From the NCBI GenBank assembly GCA_048128005.1, contig JBEUKZ010000109.1:62001-126000 (forward strand): a stretch of 64,000 nt of DNA, read 5' to 3'. This document shows, in pieces, positions 36,085-46,924 of this stretch. The notes beneath the pieces were generated by a model that was given only the letters and a program-made list of their open reading frames with translations, had not been told where the DNA came from and searched no databases. The position numbers and the translations under genes were made by a program. Each line of letters starts with the position of its first letter. The stretch's first letter is position 1. Source of the stretch: Veleropilina oligotropha (lineage: Eukaryota).

Positions 36085-38337
36085 ATGGTCCGTTGCAGTG
36101 AGCCTGAGTGTAACCAAAAGATACACAGCTTCGACAAGCATTCGGTATGTCGCATACACCGTAGTTGTGCTAAGAGATACCCCTGTGCTAAATGTCTACT
36201 TTTAACGGATCGGCAGTGGGCACTTATCTACCCACCAGGGACGATGGCTACCAGGGAGTCCGTCTCTGTTGGGCTTCCCCCGGAGAAACAGACGACGGGT
36301 AAGTCAGGGCTAATTTCTGATTCGTCTGTTTCAGGGACGCGAAGCGACCAGCGAACTGGGGCATCGCAGGTTGCAGGACCCGCCGACGAAACCGCTACGG
36401 TTTTGGGGAAAACCGTGGAAACCTCGCCGGCGTCCCAGGTTCAAGACCAGGTAAGAGGAGCCCGAGTGCAGTCCGTTTCTCCTCGTACCACGGGCCTAGT
36501 AGCTGCGTCCAATAGTGCCATGCCGGCTAGCATGGTACACCGGATCTTACAGCGAACAGCTGAGCAGGGCAGGCGGTCCCCTTCCTCTCTTCCGGCCTCG
36601 GAAGAGCAGGGGACGGCTAGTCCTTCTGTCACAAGCGGTATGCCGAGCGGCATACTGCTGACGGCAGAGCAAGTTGGAATAGTTGCCGGACACCACCAAG
36701 GTGGTTTAAGATCCGGACCACCAACGACACCCGACTCACTGGCCGATGGTGCGACCGACCCTCCCCAGGGTTCGTCCTTACACCTCGGAGCTCCCAGTCT
36801 TGTCGGAGGGCCCGCCGACTCCCCTGACCCCGTTGGGCTCAGACTAGTTGGCGCGGACGGACCGGCTGCGTTCGGGATGGGTATGTACGCGGGAGCTTCC
36901 CCCGTCTACCCCCTGAACAGAGCGGCGACCCCCACGGGACTGTGGCCGCAGTCTTTCGGGAGTCTAGCTCCGGTTAACACGCCTTTTGGCCCGTTCTCCG
37001 GGAGTACCCGCTCGTCAGGTGATGTGAGACCCTGGTTCTCATATCAATCTGGCCCAGCAGCCCGTCTACCATGCGCCACGATGTCCTCGAGCGATCCACT
37101 GGCTGTTGGATCGACGCCCGTCTTGCCTGTTGGTCTCTCTATGGAGAGCGTCCATGCAATGATTGCGGCGGAATTCGAGGCCCGCAGTAGGGCCTGGCTG
37201 CCGGCTGTTCAGCCGCCCCAGGTCTCTGCTCCTCTGCTCGTGGCCCAGAGCACGGCTCCTGCCTCGGTGATGGAGGTCGACCCTCGTTCCGACGAGGACG
37301 TCCCCTCCGATCGCTCCGATCTTCTTGAATCGGTCGGTCCCGATGACTCTCGTAGTCAATCAGGCTTGCAGGAGCCGATCTCCGCCACCCGCCGAAGACA
37401 CGACGCAGTCGCGTCGCTTCGCGGGGTGCTAGATCTACCCGACCCGGCTCGGCCGGTAGGTACGATCAAGCACAGGACGGCAGCACACCGTTTTGCTGAG
37501 TCGGAGGCTCCCCAGCTTCCCGTACTCCCCCAGTCTGGCTTGGTGGATCTGGTTCTGGATCAGACCACCCGGGCCATTCAGGGAGGCAAGACAGTGGAGA
37601 CGTCTTCTCTCACGGAGTTCCCTCGGGGCCTCCGTAGAGGAAGATACCTCCGGCCCAGTTCGCGATCGTTGCCGATCGCTCTTTCTGAGCCGTGCCTGGT
37701 GGCTGAGCCAGCACAGATTGACGTAGCGATGCGTCGTCTGTCTGCCAGTCAAGCTCCCTCGGTAGCGAAGGTACCATGGGCCGCCATGGATGCCTTCGAG
37801 AGCTGTGCCCGACGAGCTCTGTGGCTGTCGTCTGTACAGGACTCGTTCCTGGACGGTGCGATAGCCGTTCTACAGGAGGACCGACCCGGCGCTCGCGAGA
37901 CCGCCCTGTCTTTCCTCCACGAGGTTGCTGCCGCAACGGAGAACAACGCGTTGGAGTCCGCGCGTGTCTTAGGCAATGCGCTCCTACTTCGTAGGGACGC
38001 CTGCCTCGAGGGCACATCGTTAGACGACGCCACCCGGCGTTCTCTGCGATGTGTGCCCTTGTCGGCCCCGACTCTCTTCGGAGGCGAGTTCACCGAATTC
38101 GTCGACAAGAGAGCCGTCGAGCTGAAAGATCGTGCGATTGAGCGCGCAGTATTGACTACCCCTCGGGGTACTCAACCTGCCCCCTCAAGGAAGCGTTCGG
38201 CCCCGACTCGGGGCGCGAAAGCTTCCAAGCGTGCCAGACCTTCTCGGGGTGGGCCTCCGGCCCGGAAATCCAGCGAGAAAAAAGGCCCTCCAACTAAATC
38301 CCGTCAGAGCGGGAGAGGGAAGCCGTCACGGCCCTAG
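36085..38337 (+). CDS. DIRS gag-like ORF1 (copy 2)
   Basis: 750-aa open ORF homologous to copy 1 gag. Confidence 0.9.
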   Translation: MVRCSEPECNQKIHSFDKHSVCRIHRSCAKRYPCAKCLLLTDRQWALIYPPGTMATRESVSVGLPPEKQTTGKSGLISDSSVSGTRSDQRTGASQVAGPADETATVLGKTVETSPASQVQDQVRGARVQSVSPRTTGLVAASNSAMPASMVHRILQRTAEQGRRSPSSLPASEEQGTASPSVTSGMPSGILLTAEQVGIVAGHHQGGLRSGPPTTPDSLADGATDPPQGSSLHLGAPSLVGGPADSPDPVGLRLVGADGPAAFGMGMYAGASPVYPLNRAATPTGLWPQSFGSLAPVNTPFGPFSGSTRSSGDVRPWFSYQSGPAARLPCATMSSSDPLAVGSTPVLPVGLSMESVHAMIAAEFEARSRAWLPAVQPPQVSAPLLVAQSTAPASVMEVDPRSDEDVPSDRSDLLESVGPDDSRSQSGLQEPISATRRRHDAVASLRGVLDLPDPARPVGTIKHRTAAHRFAESEAPQLPVLPQSGLVDLVLDQTTRAIQGGKTVETSSLTEFPRGLRRGRYLRPSSRSLPIALSEPCLVAEPAQIDVAMRRLSASQAPSVAKVPWAAMDAFESCARRALWLSSVQDSFLDGAIAVLQEDRPGARETALSFLHEVAAATENNALESARVLGNALLLRRDACLEGTSLDDATRRSLRCVPLSAPTLFGGEFTEFVDKRAVELKDRAIERAVLTTPRGTQPAPSRKRSAPTRGAKASKRARPSRGGPPARKSSEKKGPPTKSRQSGRGKPSRP

Positions 38338-40396
38338 GGTTGCCGGCACTCGCGACGTGCTCAGCTGCGCGCTCCCGCCGGTGGGAGCGTGCCTGTTAGG
38401 CTACAGCCAGACGTGGCTAGAGTTAACAGACAGCAGCTGGGTCCACTCAGTCGTGAGTGCTGGATACAAGTTGGCGTTCAACCGGCATCCAACCCTATCC
38501 GTGACACCACCACCAAGACACGCTCGCCTCCTTCACGGAGAGAAGCAAGCGGTCTTAGACCAGGCAGTGCGGGACTTACTCCTAAAAGGAGCCATCTATC
38601 CCGCGCCGCCCAGCACACCAGGATTTTACAGCCATTTCTTCCTGGTCCCGAAACCCGATGGCCGCTGGAGACCGATCCTCGATCTCTCGCACCTCAACCG
38701 CTATTTGCGTACCGAGAAGTTCCAGCAAGAAACACTCTCGAAGATACGAGCGGCCATCCGTCCGGGCGACTGGGCAGCGTCTATCGACCTGACAGATGCG
38801 TACTTACACGTTCCGATGCATGCCTCGGCTCATCAGTACCTCAGGTTTATACACGGGGAGACGATCTACCAATTCAGGTGCCTACCGTTCGGTCTATCGT
38901 CAGCCCCCTACGTCTTCACGCGGGTAGTACAGGCCCTCGGGGCCTTCCTACACTCGCTACGGCACAGAGTACCTCGACGACTGGTTGATTCTCGGGGCGT
39001 CCCGGGATCAGTGCCTCCAGTCTATGAGCGTTACCCTGTCATCGGCGAAGCGCCTAGGATTACAGATCAACAACGAGAAATCCTGCTTCGTGCCCTCGAC
39101 GACGTTTACGTTCCTCGGGGTCGTCTTCGACACGGTCCGGTACACCGCGAAGCCGACCGAGAAACGTATCGTGAACCTACGCGCAGTTATCCAGGACACA
39201 AGGTCATCGGGGATAGCCACGGCGCGACAACTGGCCACTGTCCTGGGGCACATCGAGTCGGTAGCGCCCCTGCTACCGACAGGACGAATGGACAAACGAC
39301 CGTTACAGCAGGCCTTCAGGGACCGCTGGGTGCAACGGACGGGACAGTGGACGGATCGTATAGATCTTCGGCATTGGTTCAATCACTCGACAGCAGTGTG
39401 GCTGAACCCTGCATTGCCGAGCCAGTCGGTTCCCATTTCCCCGCCAGAACCGAACGCCTTCCTATACACGGACGCTTCGAACGAGGGCTGGGGAGGTCAC
39501 CTCGACAGTTACGAGACATCGGGCCTTTGGCCGACGGACCTGCAGGGACGACACATAAACTAGAACTAGAAGCGGTCTACCTGACAGTACGGTCCTTCTC
39601 GTCACATTTCCGCAACAAGCACATACTGCTCGCCACGGACAACACGACTGTCGTCGCATACGTTCAACACCAGGGCGGCACTCGCTCGCGTCCCCTGTGC
39701 GACCGAGCAATCGACCTACACCGCTTAGTGATGTCCCTCAACTCGACGATACGAGCACGACACATCCCGGGAATATTGAACGTCCGAGCGGACTCGCTCT
39801 CTCGGAAATCGCAGATAATACACACAGAGTGGACGCTACACAGCCGTGTAGCTCGGGAGGTTTGCCGCCGGTGGTCTCAACCCCAAGTCGATCTGTTTGC
39901 AACAGAGTTCAATCACCGACTCCCTCTGTATGTCTCCCCGTACCCGGACCCGGCCGCCCTAGCGGTCGACGCACTGTCAATGACATGGGAGAATCTGATC
40001 GCGTACGCCTTCCCCCCGTCGTCCATATTACGACTTGTACTACAGAAGGCAGCGCGAGACCGCTGCGAGATAACGCTAATAGCGCCTCTAAATCGCACGC
40101 AGTCTTGGTTTCCGACTCTTCTTCTAATCGTCGATCGACCGCTTGCGCTACCGCAGAGGCCGGACCTGCTAATGCAACCGCGCTCACGGGTGTTACACCC
40201 GTCGTCGAACGAACTTCGTGTACACGCATGGCGGTTATCGAACGATCGCTTGTTGAGAAAGGATTTTCTCGCGCTACAGCCCTCCGCATTTACCGATCGC
40301 GAAGACAATCTACATCTAAAGTCTATGACTACCGATGGGTCAAATATGTGGATTGGTGTCACAGGCGGGAAGTTAATATACTCCGTCCCCCTGTGA
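38333..40396 (+). pseudogene. DIRS RT-RNaseH-MT (copy 2), frameshifted
   Basis: A deletion at ~38970 just before YLDD and a second at ~39557 in HINxLE. Homology to copy 1 switches frame at both points. Confidence 0.88.
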
Positions 40397-41310
40397 ACAA
40401 ATTTATCGAGTTCATTACGTCGTTATTCGAACGAGGACTTTCTGTCTCGGCCGTCAAAGGTTATCGGGCCTCGATCTCGACTACGCTAAAGCAATGTCGT
40501 TCCCGAATTGACTTATCGTCAGACCGTACTATTTCTGATTTAATCAGGTCCTACGAACTCGAAAGACCGATTTGTTTGGCGCGGCCGCCTGCCTGGAATA
40601 TCATCCTTATCCTTAATGCTCTGCTAGAAAGCCCGTTTGAGCCGTTACGTAATGCTTCCATACGTAACCTTACCTACAAAACCGTATTTCTAATTGCGTT
40701 TGCGTCGGGCAAAAGGGTTTCTGAGATACACAGCTTCTCAGCAGAGCTCCGAGATATTAGATTCCAGTCTGACGGATCGGTCATTTTACGTCCTATATTG
40801 GGATTTATTGCTAAAAACCAGCGGCCAGGCGATATTGCTCCGGAGGTCGTTATTCCTACGCTTTCTATTGTCGGTAGAAACGATATCGACCGACTTAACT
40901 GCCCGGTGCGCGCGCTTCAATATTATCTGGACCGAACACGTGACTTCCGACGAGGCAAAAAACGCTTGTTTATTTCGTATTTGCCCAATTTCACCCGCGA
41001 TGTATCGAAGAATACTATCTCGAGATGGATTTGTCGAACGGTTCAGCAGATATACTCTAATTCCAACGAAGCTGACCGCAACCTTATTGCGGTCCGTGCC
41101 CATGAAACAAGAGCGATATCGACGAGTCTGGCATTTAGACATTGTCTAAATATTACCTCCCTGCTACAAGCAGGGTATTGGAGAAACCCGAACGTGTTTG
41201 TAAAACATTATTTACGCGATTTCTCGACTGGTGCGGATGGTTTGTCCAGTATTCAATGTGTTGCGGCGCAACACTGCATTACCAGGACATCTAGGTTAAA
41301 TACACGGTGA
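39697..41310 (+). CDS. DIRS tyrosine recombinase (copy 2; upstream overlapping part frameshifted)
   Basis: SGKRVSE...HETRA...GYW...F.KHY. Confidence 0.85.
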   Translation: MRPSNRPTPLSDVPQLDDTSTTHPGNIERPSGLALSEIADNTHRVDATQPCSSGGLPPVVSTPSRSVCNRVQSPTPSVCLPVPGPGRPSGRRTVNDMGESDRVRLPPVVHITTCTTEGSARPLRDNANSASKSHAVLVSDSSSNRRSTACATAEAGPANATALTGVTPVVERTSCTRMAVIERSLVEKGFSRATALRIYRSRRQSTSKVYDYRWVKYVDWCHRREVNILRPPVNKFIEFITSLFERGLSVSAVKGYRASISTTLKQCRSRIDLSSDRTISDLIRSYELERPICLARPPAWNIILILNALLESPFEPLRNASIRNLTYKTVFLIAFASGKRVSEIHSFSAELRDIRFQSDGSVILRPILGFIAKNQRPGDIAPEVVIPTLSIVGRNDIDRLNCPVRALQYYLDRTRDFRRGKKRLFISYLPNFTRDVSKNTISRWICRTVQQIYSNSNEADRNLIAVRAHETRAISTSLAFRHCLNITSLLQAGYWRNPNVFVKHYLRDFSTGADGLSSIQCVAAQHCITRTSRLNTR

Positions 41311-42124
41311 CAGGTATTGTAAACAATTAATTGTAATTATACAGTCACTCCGCATTTATGTGCAACTCTATTGTGTAGCTTGCTAACAATTAGTGTTGTT
41401 TTCATTGTGTTGTCTGCAGTCCAATATTTTATTTATGGACTGAGACTAAATTGTCAGATCTGAGTTAACATGACACATGCCACTCACATTGAAATTAGAC
41501 ATTTATAATGCTAAATCTTAAAAAGGGGTTTTTAGATTTTGATATTATTGAAGTTCATTTGCTGTTATGAGCTTACGGTGTTGCGACATTGAAAAATTTA
41601 ATATCATTCAATCTTTAAATATTCTTTAAGTAACATGGTGACATGTTTGCTTTTCGCTATTAGTCAAGCGAATTTATTATTAATATGGAATATAATATGT
41701 ACGTGTATATATTACTTATATCTATTAATAATTGCATAACTGGTTACATTCACAACCTTTTCAGGTACTGTATGTTTGTCGCAAGTTGACTGCATCTTTT
41801 GGTTACCGGCCTCGACGCCCAGGATTTACTAAAAGCTGCTTCGGTCCATGACATCTAAGTCCTACAGGATTTATCCTCCGGCCTTGCCTGGGGCTGATTG
41901 CACTTTCGCGTCACCTTGTCCGACTAACACCTCTGGCGTTTTTTCCCAGGTTCATTGGTCAAAATTCTGTCGGGGTAAGGGTAGAATTGTAATACTCAGT
42001 AATTCCATCCTGAGCGGACGCGAGTCGGCGATACTAGCTTAAATAGACTTAAATAGAATTTGTTTGGGTTTAGAAAGTGCATTTCTGCAACTCATATAAA
42101 AACCCATTTTGGTAGCTCGGTCAT

Positions 42125-45067
42125 CTATAGCCTTCCCTGTCTCTTAAAGTGCTCATCCAAACGATTTTTAAATTGATTTACTGATGTGGACTCCACCACC
42201 TTGACAGGAAGGGCATTCCACTCATCTACAACTCGGTTTGAGAAAAAGTATTTTCTAACATCTAGCCTGACCCTCTTTTTGTAAATCTGGAACTTATGCC
42301 CCCTTGTTTTATTATGGTTCAACTGGAAAAAATAACTAATATCAAGATTGTCTTTTCCTGTAAACATTTTAAATACTTGAATCATGTCACCTCTTATCCT
42401 ACGCAACGTTAATGTTGTAAGATCAAGGCTTCTGAGCCTATCCTCATATGTCAACTCTCTGATTTCACCTACCAATTTTGTGGCTCTCCTTTGTACTTGT
42501 TCCAATAGTTGGATATCCTTTGAGAGGTATGGATTCCATGCTTGCACCGCATATTCTAAATGTGGTCTAACCAGTTGCTTGTATAAACGTGTTATGATGC
42601 CTTTTGACTTAAAAGTAAAATTACGCTTTATCATTCCTAATATTTGGTTTCCCTTTTTAGCTGCTTCGATACATTGATTTGATGGTTTCAGTGAATTATC
42701 AATCCATACACCCAAATCTTTCTCTTTTGTCACTACTTCTAGGTCATCTCCTCCCATTTTATAACAATATTTTTTGTTTTTGTGACCCACATGCATTACC
42801 TTACATTTGGTTGTATTGAAAAGCATTTGCCAGTCATCGGACCACTTAACCAGATTATTTAGATCGGTCTGAAGTTTCCTTGCATCTTGTTCAGTTTCTA
42901 TTATTCTGTAAAGTTTAGTGTCGTCAGCAAACTTTTTCACTAGAGATGTAATAGCGCCATCAATGTCATTCAAGTAGATTAGAAATAGCAATGGACCCAA
43001 GACCGAGCCTTGAGGGACTCCACTTAATACACTCTCCCATTTTGACTTAACCCCATTTACAACAACTCTCTGTTTTCTATTCTGTAACCACATTTCTATC
43101 CACGTCAATATTGGTCCTTTAATACCATGATTACTCAGTTTTTGTATTAGTCGTTTATGTGGAACCTTATCAAATGCTTTTTGAAAATCAAGATATATAA
43201 TATCAACCGGCTTGCCATGATCTATTGCATTTGTAACATCCTCTAAGAATTCAAGAAGATTTGTTAAACATGATCGTTTCTCCATAAATCCATGCTGACT
43301 GGTGTTTAACAAGCTATATTTGTTCAAATGGTCTAATATAACATCCTTTAAAATAGATTCCATCATTTTGCCTACTATTGATGTTAGACTAACAGGTCGA
43401 TAATTTTGTGCACTAGAGCGACTTCCCTTTTTAAATATAGGAGTTATATTACCAATTTTCCAATCATCTGGCAATCTTCCTTCGCTAAGTGATTTGCTGA
43501 ATATATTTGCTATTGGCTTCAACAATTCATGCTTTCCGACTTTTAAAAACTTGGAATATATACTATCAGGGCCAGGGGCTTTGTTTATCTTTAAGAGGTC
43601 TATCTTTTTTTCAATCAGTGCAGGAGTAATTTCAACCGATTCACAAAAGTTACCAATGTCTTTAAAAATATCTTTTATTGGGGGCATATTCGCGGTATCC
43701 TCCAATGTATACACGGATGCAAAGTAGTTATTCAAAGATTCTGATATTTCCGCATCATCAGTCATTATATTACCCTTTTCATCTTTCAATGGACCTACGA
43801 CATCTTTTGTTTTTTGTTTTGACCTTACATATGCATAAAATGATTTTGGATTTTCCTTGACATTTTTTGCTAAATTTTCTTCAAACATTTTCTTTGCTGC
43901 ACGGATTTCTTTTTTACATAGTTTCTCACACTCCTTATAATTTTCATGATCTTTGGTTTCTTTTGACTCCCTGTAACGTCTCCAACGTTTATATTTTCTT
44001 CTTACAGATTTCTTTACCTTTCTCGTTAACCAGGGGGGTGAATTATTTTTGCGTCTGCGTTTTAGTGGAACATTTGCATTCATTATCGCTTCTATGTTTT
44101 TACGGAATACTTCCCAAGAGTCCCTAGCATCTAGATTATCAAGATCCTGCCAGTTTATGTCTCGAAGATCTGACGTTATTTGGTCGATATTCGCTTTCCG
44201 AAAATCCGGTATTTCTTGCTTGCTTGTTTTAATAATTGTTTTAATATGAAGCTCAAATTCTATTAAATCATGGTCGCTGCTCCCTAGTTTCCCAATTCCA
44301 TGTATATTTTGCACCATATTTAGTTCACTAGAAAAAACTAAATCCAAAACATTATCACCTCTTGTTGGAAAATCAACATGTTGATGCATAAATCCATTCT
44401 GTATCGTTGTCAAAAAATCCTGACCCGCTTTCCCACTTTGCATCGAGTTCCAATTTATACCTGGGTAGTTAAAATCCCCCATAATTAACACATTGTATCC
44501 GAAAACTTGTTCTAATGTAGTGTATAGGTTAGTATTGTTCTCTTCTGCGCTATTTGGTGATCTATAAACAATACCCACTACAATGGAATCCTTTTTATTA
44601 TTACTGGTCATAATTTCACACCAAACTGAATTTTGAAAAGTGTTTATCTTAATATCATCACGAGAAACAGCATTTAATCCATCTTTTATGTATAGCAAGA
44701 CCCCCCCTCTACCGTTTTGAGTATCTCTTCTATCCTCTCTGTACAGCTTATATCCCAATAAATTTAACTCTGCGTCTGTTATGTTGATATTTGTCCACGA
44801 CTCTGTAACTCCTAAAACATCAGGGTCATGAATATCCCTTAGTGTTTCCAATTCTGCCATCTTATTCATTATACTCTGTGCATTTGTAAATATAACTTTA
44901 AGCTGTTTTTTATCTAGGTCTGATTTCTTGTTCTTTTTCTTTTGTGGTCCAGAAACACGTTTATGTTTATCGGTATTATGATGTACGCTCTTTGCATCAT
45001 TTCGATGAATGTTATCCTGTTCTACTTTGCTGTCACATATTGCTTCACCCTCATCCCCCTTTATTAG
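42125..45067 (-). CDS. LINE ORF2: apurinic endonuclease plus reverse transcriptase (first ATG at 44869; frame open to the ORF1 stop)
   Basis: APE motifs FTNAQS, VTESW, GDFN and SDHD. RT motifs YRPVSL, LDFQKAFD, GVPQGSVLGP and FADD. No internal stops. Confidence 0.93.
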   Translation of the reverse strand, partial: LIKGDEGEAICDSKVEQDNIHRNDAKSVHHNTDKHKRVSGPQKKKNKKSDLDKKQLKVIFTNAQSIMNKMAELETLRDIHDPDVLGVTESWTNINITDAELNLLGYKLYREDRRDTQNGRGGVLLYIKDGLNAVSRDDIKINTFQNSVWCEIMTSNNKKDSIVVGIVYRSPNSAEENNTNLYTTLEQVFGYNVLIMGDFNYPGINWNSMQSGKAGQDFLTTIQNGFMHQHVDFPTRGDNVLDLVFSSELNMVQNIHGIGKLGSSDHDLIEFELHIKTIIKTSKQEIPDFRKANIDQITSDLRDINWQDLDNLDARDSWEVFRKNIEAIMNANVPLKRRRKNNSPPWLTRKVKKSVRRKYKRWRRYRESKETKDHENYKECEKLCKKEIRAAKKMFEENLAKNVKENPKSFYAYVRSKQKTKDVVGPLKDEKGNIMTDDAEISESLNNYFASVYTLEDTANMPPIKDIFKDIGNFCESVEITPALIEKKIDLLKINKAPGPDSIYSKFLKVGKHELLKPIANIFSKSLSEGRLPDDWKIGNITPIFKKGSRSSAQNYRPVSLTSIVGKMMESILKDVILDHLNKYSLLNTSQHGFMEKRSCLTNLLEFLEDVTNAIDHGKPVDIIYLDFQKAFDKVPHKRLIQKLSNHGIKGPILTWIEMWLQNRKQRVVVNGVKSKWESVLSGVPQGSVLGPLLFLIYLNDIDGAITSLVKKFADDTKLYRIIETEQDARKLQTDLNNLVKWSDDWQMLFNTTKCKVMHVGHKNKKYCYKMGGDDLEVVTKEKDLGVWIDNSLKPSNQCIEAAKKGNQILGMIKRNFTFKSKGIITRLYKQLVRPHLEYAVQAWNPYLSKDIQLLEQVQRRATKLVGEIRELTYEDRLRSLDLTTLTLRRIRGDMIQVFKMFTGKDNLDISYFFQLNHNKTRGHKFQIYKKRVRLDVRKYFFSNRVVDEWNALPVKVVESTSVNQFKNRLDEHFKRQGRL

Positions 45068-45621
45068 TTTAAATGCTCCGTAATTGCTCGATTAATGGCC
45101 CTAGCCAACACATCTGCACCCTCCAGTGAAGGGTGCAGACCATCCCGGAAAAACCACTCTCGCCTACCCTCAAATTTATCCCACACATCAAAATATCCAA
45201 ACCCCTCTAAAAGACAATACTCACGTAACCAGTTGTTTACCTGTCGCATCTTTTCCAACACTCTGCTGGATCCCTTCCGTGGCAACAGCCCACCTACAAT
45301 AACCTCCCTCTTACCTCGGTCACTCAACTTTGGAAATAATTCCCTGTACTTCCCCTTCATTTCGTCCAGGCTGTCGGTTTCTGCATTGTTGGTGCCAATG
45401 ATGACTACTACTGTCCCCTCTCCTGCTGTCAAGTTTTCCGCCCTCAAAGTCACGTCCTCGATTCTGGCTCCCGGTAAACAAACCCTTGTCCGTCTTTTCC
45501 TGTCAACATCACAAAAAGTCTTATCGGTATGCCTAACTATAGAAGACCCTATCAGTACTATATTATCCGAAGCCAGGTACTCATCTAAAATTTCCCACCC
45601 ATCCCCTACTCCATTCATGTC
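45064..45621 (-). CDS. LINE ORF1 C-terminal SGNH/GDSL-esterase domain (truncated)
   Basis: IGSSIVR, CLPGARIED, IGTNN and DGLHPS blocks typical of CR1-group ORF1 esterases. Confidence 0.85.
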   Translation of the reverse strand, partial: DMNGVGDGWEILDEYLASDNIVLIGSSIVRHTDKTFCDVDRKRRTRVCLPGARIEDVTLRAENLTAGEGTVVVIIGTNNAETDSLDEMKGKYRELFPKLSDRGKREVIVGGLLPRKGSSRVLEKMRQVNNWLREYCLLEGFGYFDVWDKFEGRREWFFRDGLHPSLEGADVLARAINRAITEHLN

Positions 45622-46243
45622 AGCTGTCTCCATGGTGACAAGTAAGTAACTTGTTTGGGTATTAATTTCGTTAGAACTTAGCCCACCGTCCAAAGTTATT
45701 CTGGCATAGGTAATGACGTAGAGTATATTGCTACTAATAAGAGGTTTTTAAGTAAACCTAGTATTAGTTAGAATATACTTACGTCATTACACGTCTACCC
45801 GCCCTGCTCATGGCATTCGCATCCAACCCCTCTTGCTAAGTTCCTCTACGCACTGCAGATTCCTCTGACTTAAAAAGGATACCAGATCTGTCTTGGTCTC
45901 TGAGGTCTCGCGAGACTTGGGCAGATCTCGTGGGAGGAACGCGAGAGAGGGGAGCAGGGGGGGTAAGCGTGTAAGTTTAAAAGAAAGTGAAACGCTTTTT
46001 CACAGTTTCCGGTTTAGCGATAATAAGGCTATTATGGCATAGGTAATGACGTAAGTATATTCTAACTAATACTAGGTTTACTTAAAAACCTCTTGTTGTA
46101 AATATACAGGACATTAAGCCCCCTCAGGTTGGTTTCCCATGATAATATGATCATAGGTTAATTTTTAAAATATTAAAATTATGCTTAAGTTTCAATGTAA
46201 AGTAATACGTAAAATATATTTTTTACAGATTAAATATTCCACA

Positions 46244-46924
46244 ATGAGTCAGCAAAAGATTTCGTTCCCGTCTGAGAACAAGGATTCGTGTCCCGGCGTG
46301 CTACAGGGTGATGTCTCCAAGTCGACCAAGGGCGTGGTGGTCCTTCAGGAATGGTGGGGTATGAACCAACAGATCATCGACGAAGCGCAAGAAATCGGCG
46401 AGAAGGGAAACTTCGTGACCATCGTCCCCGATTTGTACCGAGGCGAAGCGGCCACTGACCGCGAGGGTGCTGGGCACCTGATGTCCGGATTGGACTGGCC
46501 GGGTGCGGTCAAGGATATTCAAGGTGCCGCACGGTACCTGAAATCCATCGGCTGCAAAAAGGTGGGGGTTACCGGATTCTGTATGGGAGGTTCGCTATCT
46601 CTGGCTTCAGCTGTGCTCGTTCCCGAACTCGATGCCGCTGCACCATTCTACGGGATCCCAGGAGAAGGGTTGGCAGACTTACGTAAAATAAAGATCCCGC
46701 TGGAATGCCACTACGGGGAGAAGGATGATATCGAGGGATTTTCATCACCAAAAGATCAAGAAGGCCTGAAAAAGAAGTTGGACGAAGGTGGCGTCAAATA
46801 CCAGTTTCATTCTTATGATGCGGGGCACGCGTTCACAAACAAGACGGCGCCAAATTTCCATCAGGAATGCTGCGATCTGGCGATGAGCCGCCTGGTTAAA
46901 TTTATGTCGGAGAACTTGGCCTAG
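46244..46924 (+). CDS. Dienelactone hydrolase family protein (alpha/beta hydrolase), 226 aa, single coding exon
   Basis: QEWWG, PDLYRG, nucleophile elbow GFCMGG and GHAF. Splice acceptor ttttttacag ending at 46228 precedes the ATG at 46244. Confidence 0.9.
   Translation: MSQQKISFPSENKDSCPGVLQGDVSKSTKGVVVLQEWWGMNQQIIDEAQEIGEKGNFVTIVPDLYRGEAATDREGAGHLMSGLDWPGAVKDIQGAARYLKSIGCKKVGVTGFCMGGSLSLASAVLVPELDAAAPFYGIPGEGLADLRKIKIPLECHYGEKDDIEGFSSPKDQEGLKKKLDEGGVKYQFHSYDAGHAFTNKTAPNFHQECCDLAMSRLVKFMSENLA

Larger units (their letters stand above)
42038..45621 (-). mobile_element. CR1-group LINE, 5'-truncated within ORF1
   Basis: Esterase-type ORF1, APE-RT ORF2, (tctatttaag)2 tail. Possible short TSD agct at 42036-42039 and 45622-45625. 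Confidence 0.92.
35015..46094 (+). mobile_element. DIRS1-like retrotransposon, copy 2 (RT frameshifted; LINE in the 3' UTR)
   Basis: ITRs ~35015-35220 and 45867-46094 with a few mismatches. ICR 45702-45790. gag, RT and recombinase ORFs homologous to copy 1. Confidence 0.95.
34796..46120 (+). mobile_element. tRNA-derived SINE split by DIRS copy 2 (34796-35014 plus 46095-46120)
   Basis: Near-identical to 28348-28606. aacctcgat resumes as gttgtaaatatacaggacattaagc after the DIRS. Confidence 0.9.

Noticed and set aside
45622..45693. N-terminus of the 209-aa ORF as part of LINE ORF1
   Set aside because: This stretch is DIRS 3' UTR read on the opposite strand; the LINE is truncated at ~45621.
46181..46243. 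Upstream ATG for the hydrolase (247-aa ORF)
   Set aside because: The extension is AT-rich and contains a clear splice acceptor; ATG 46244 is more plausible.
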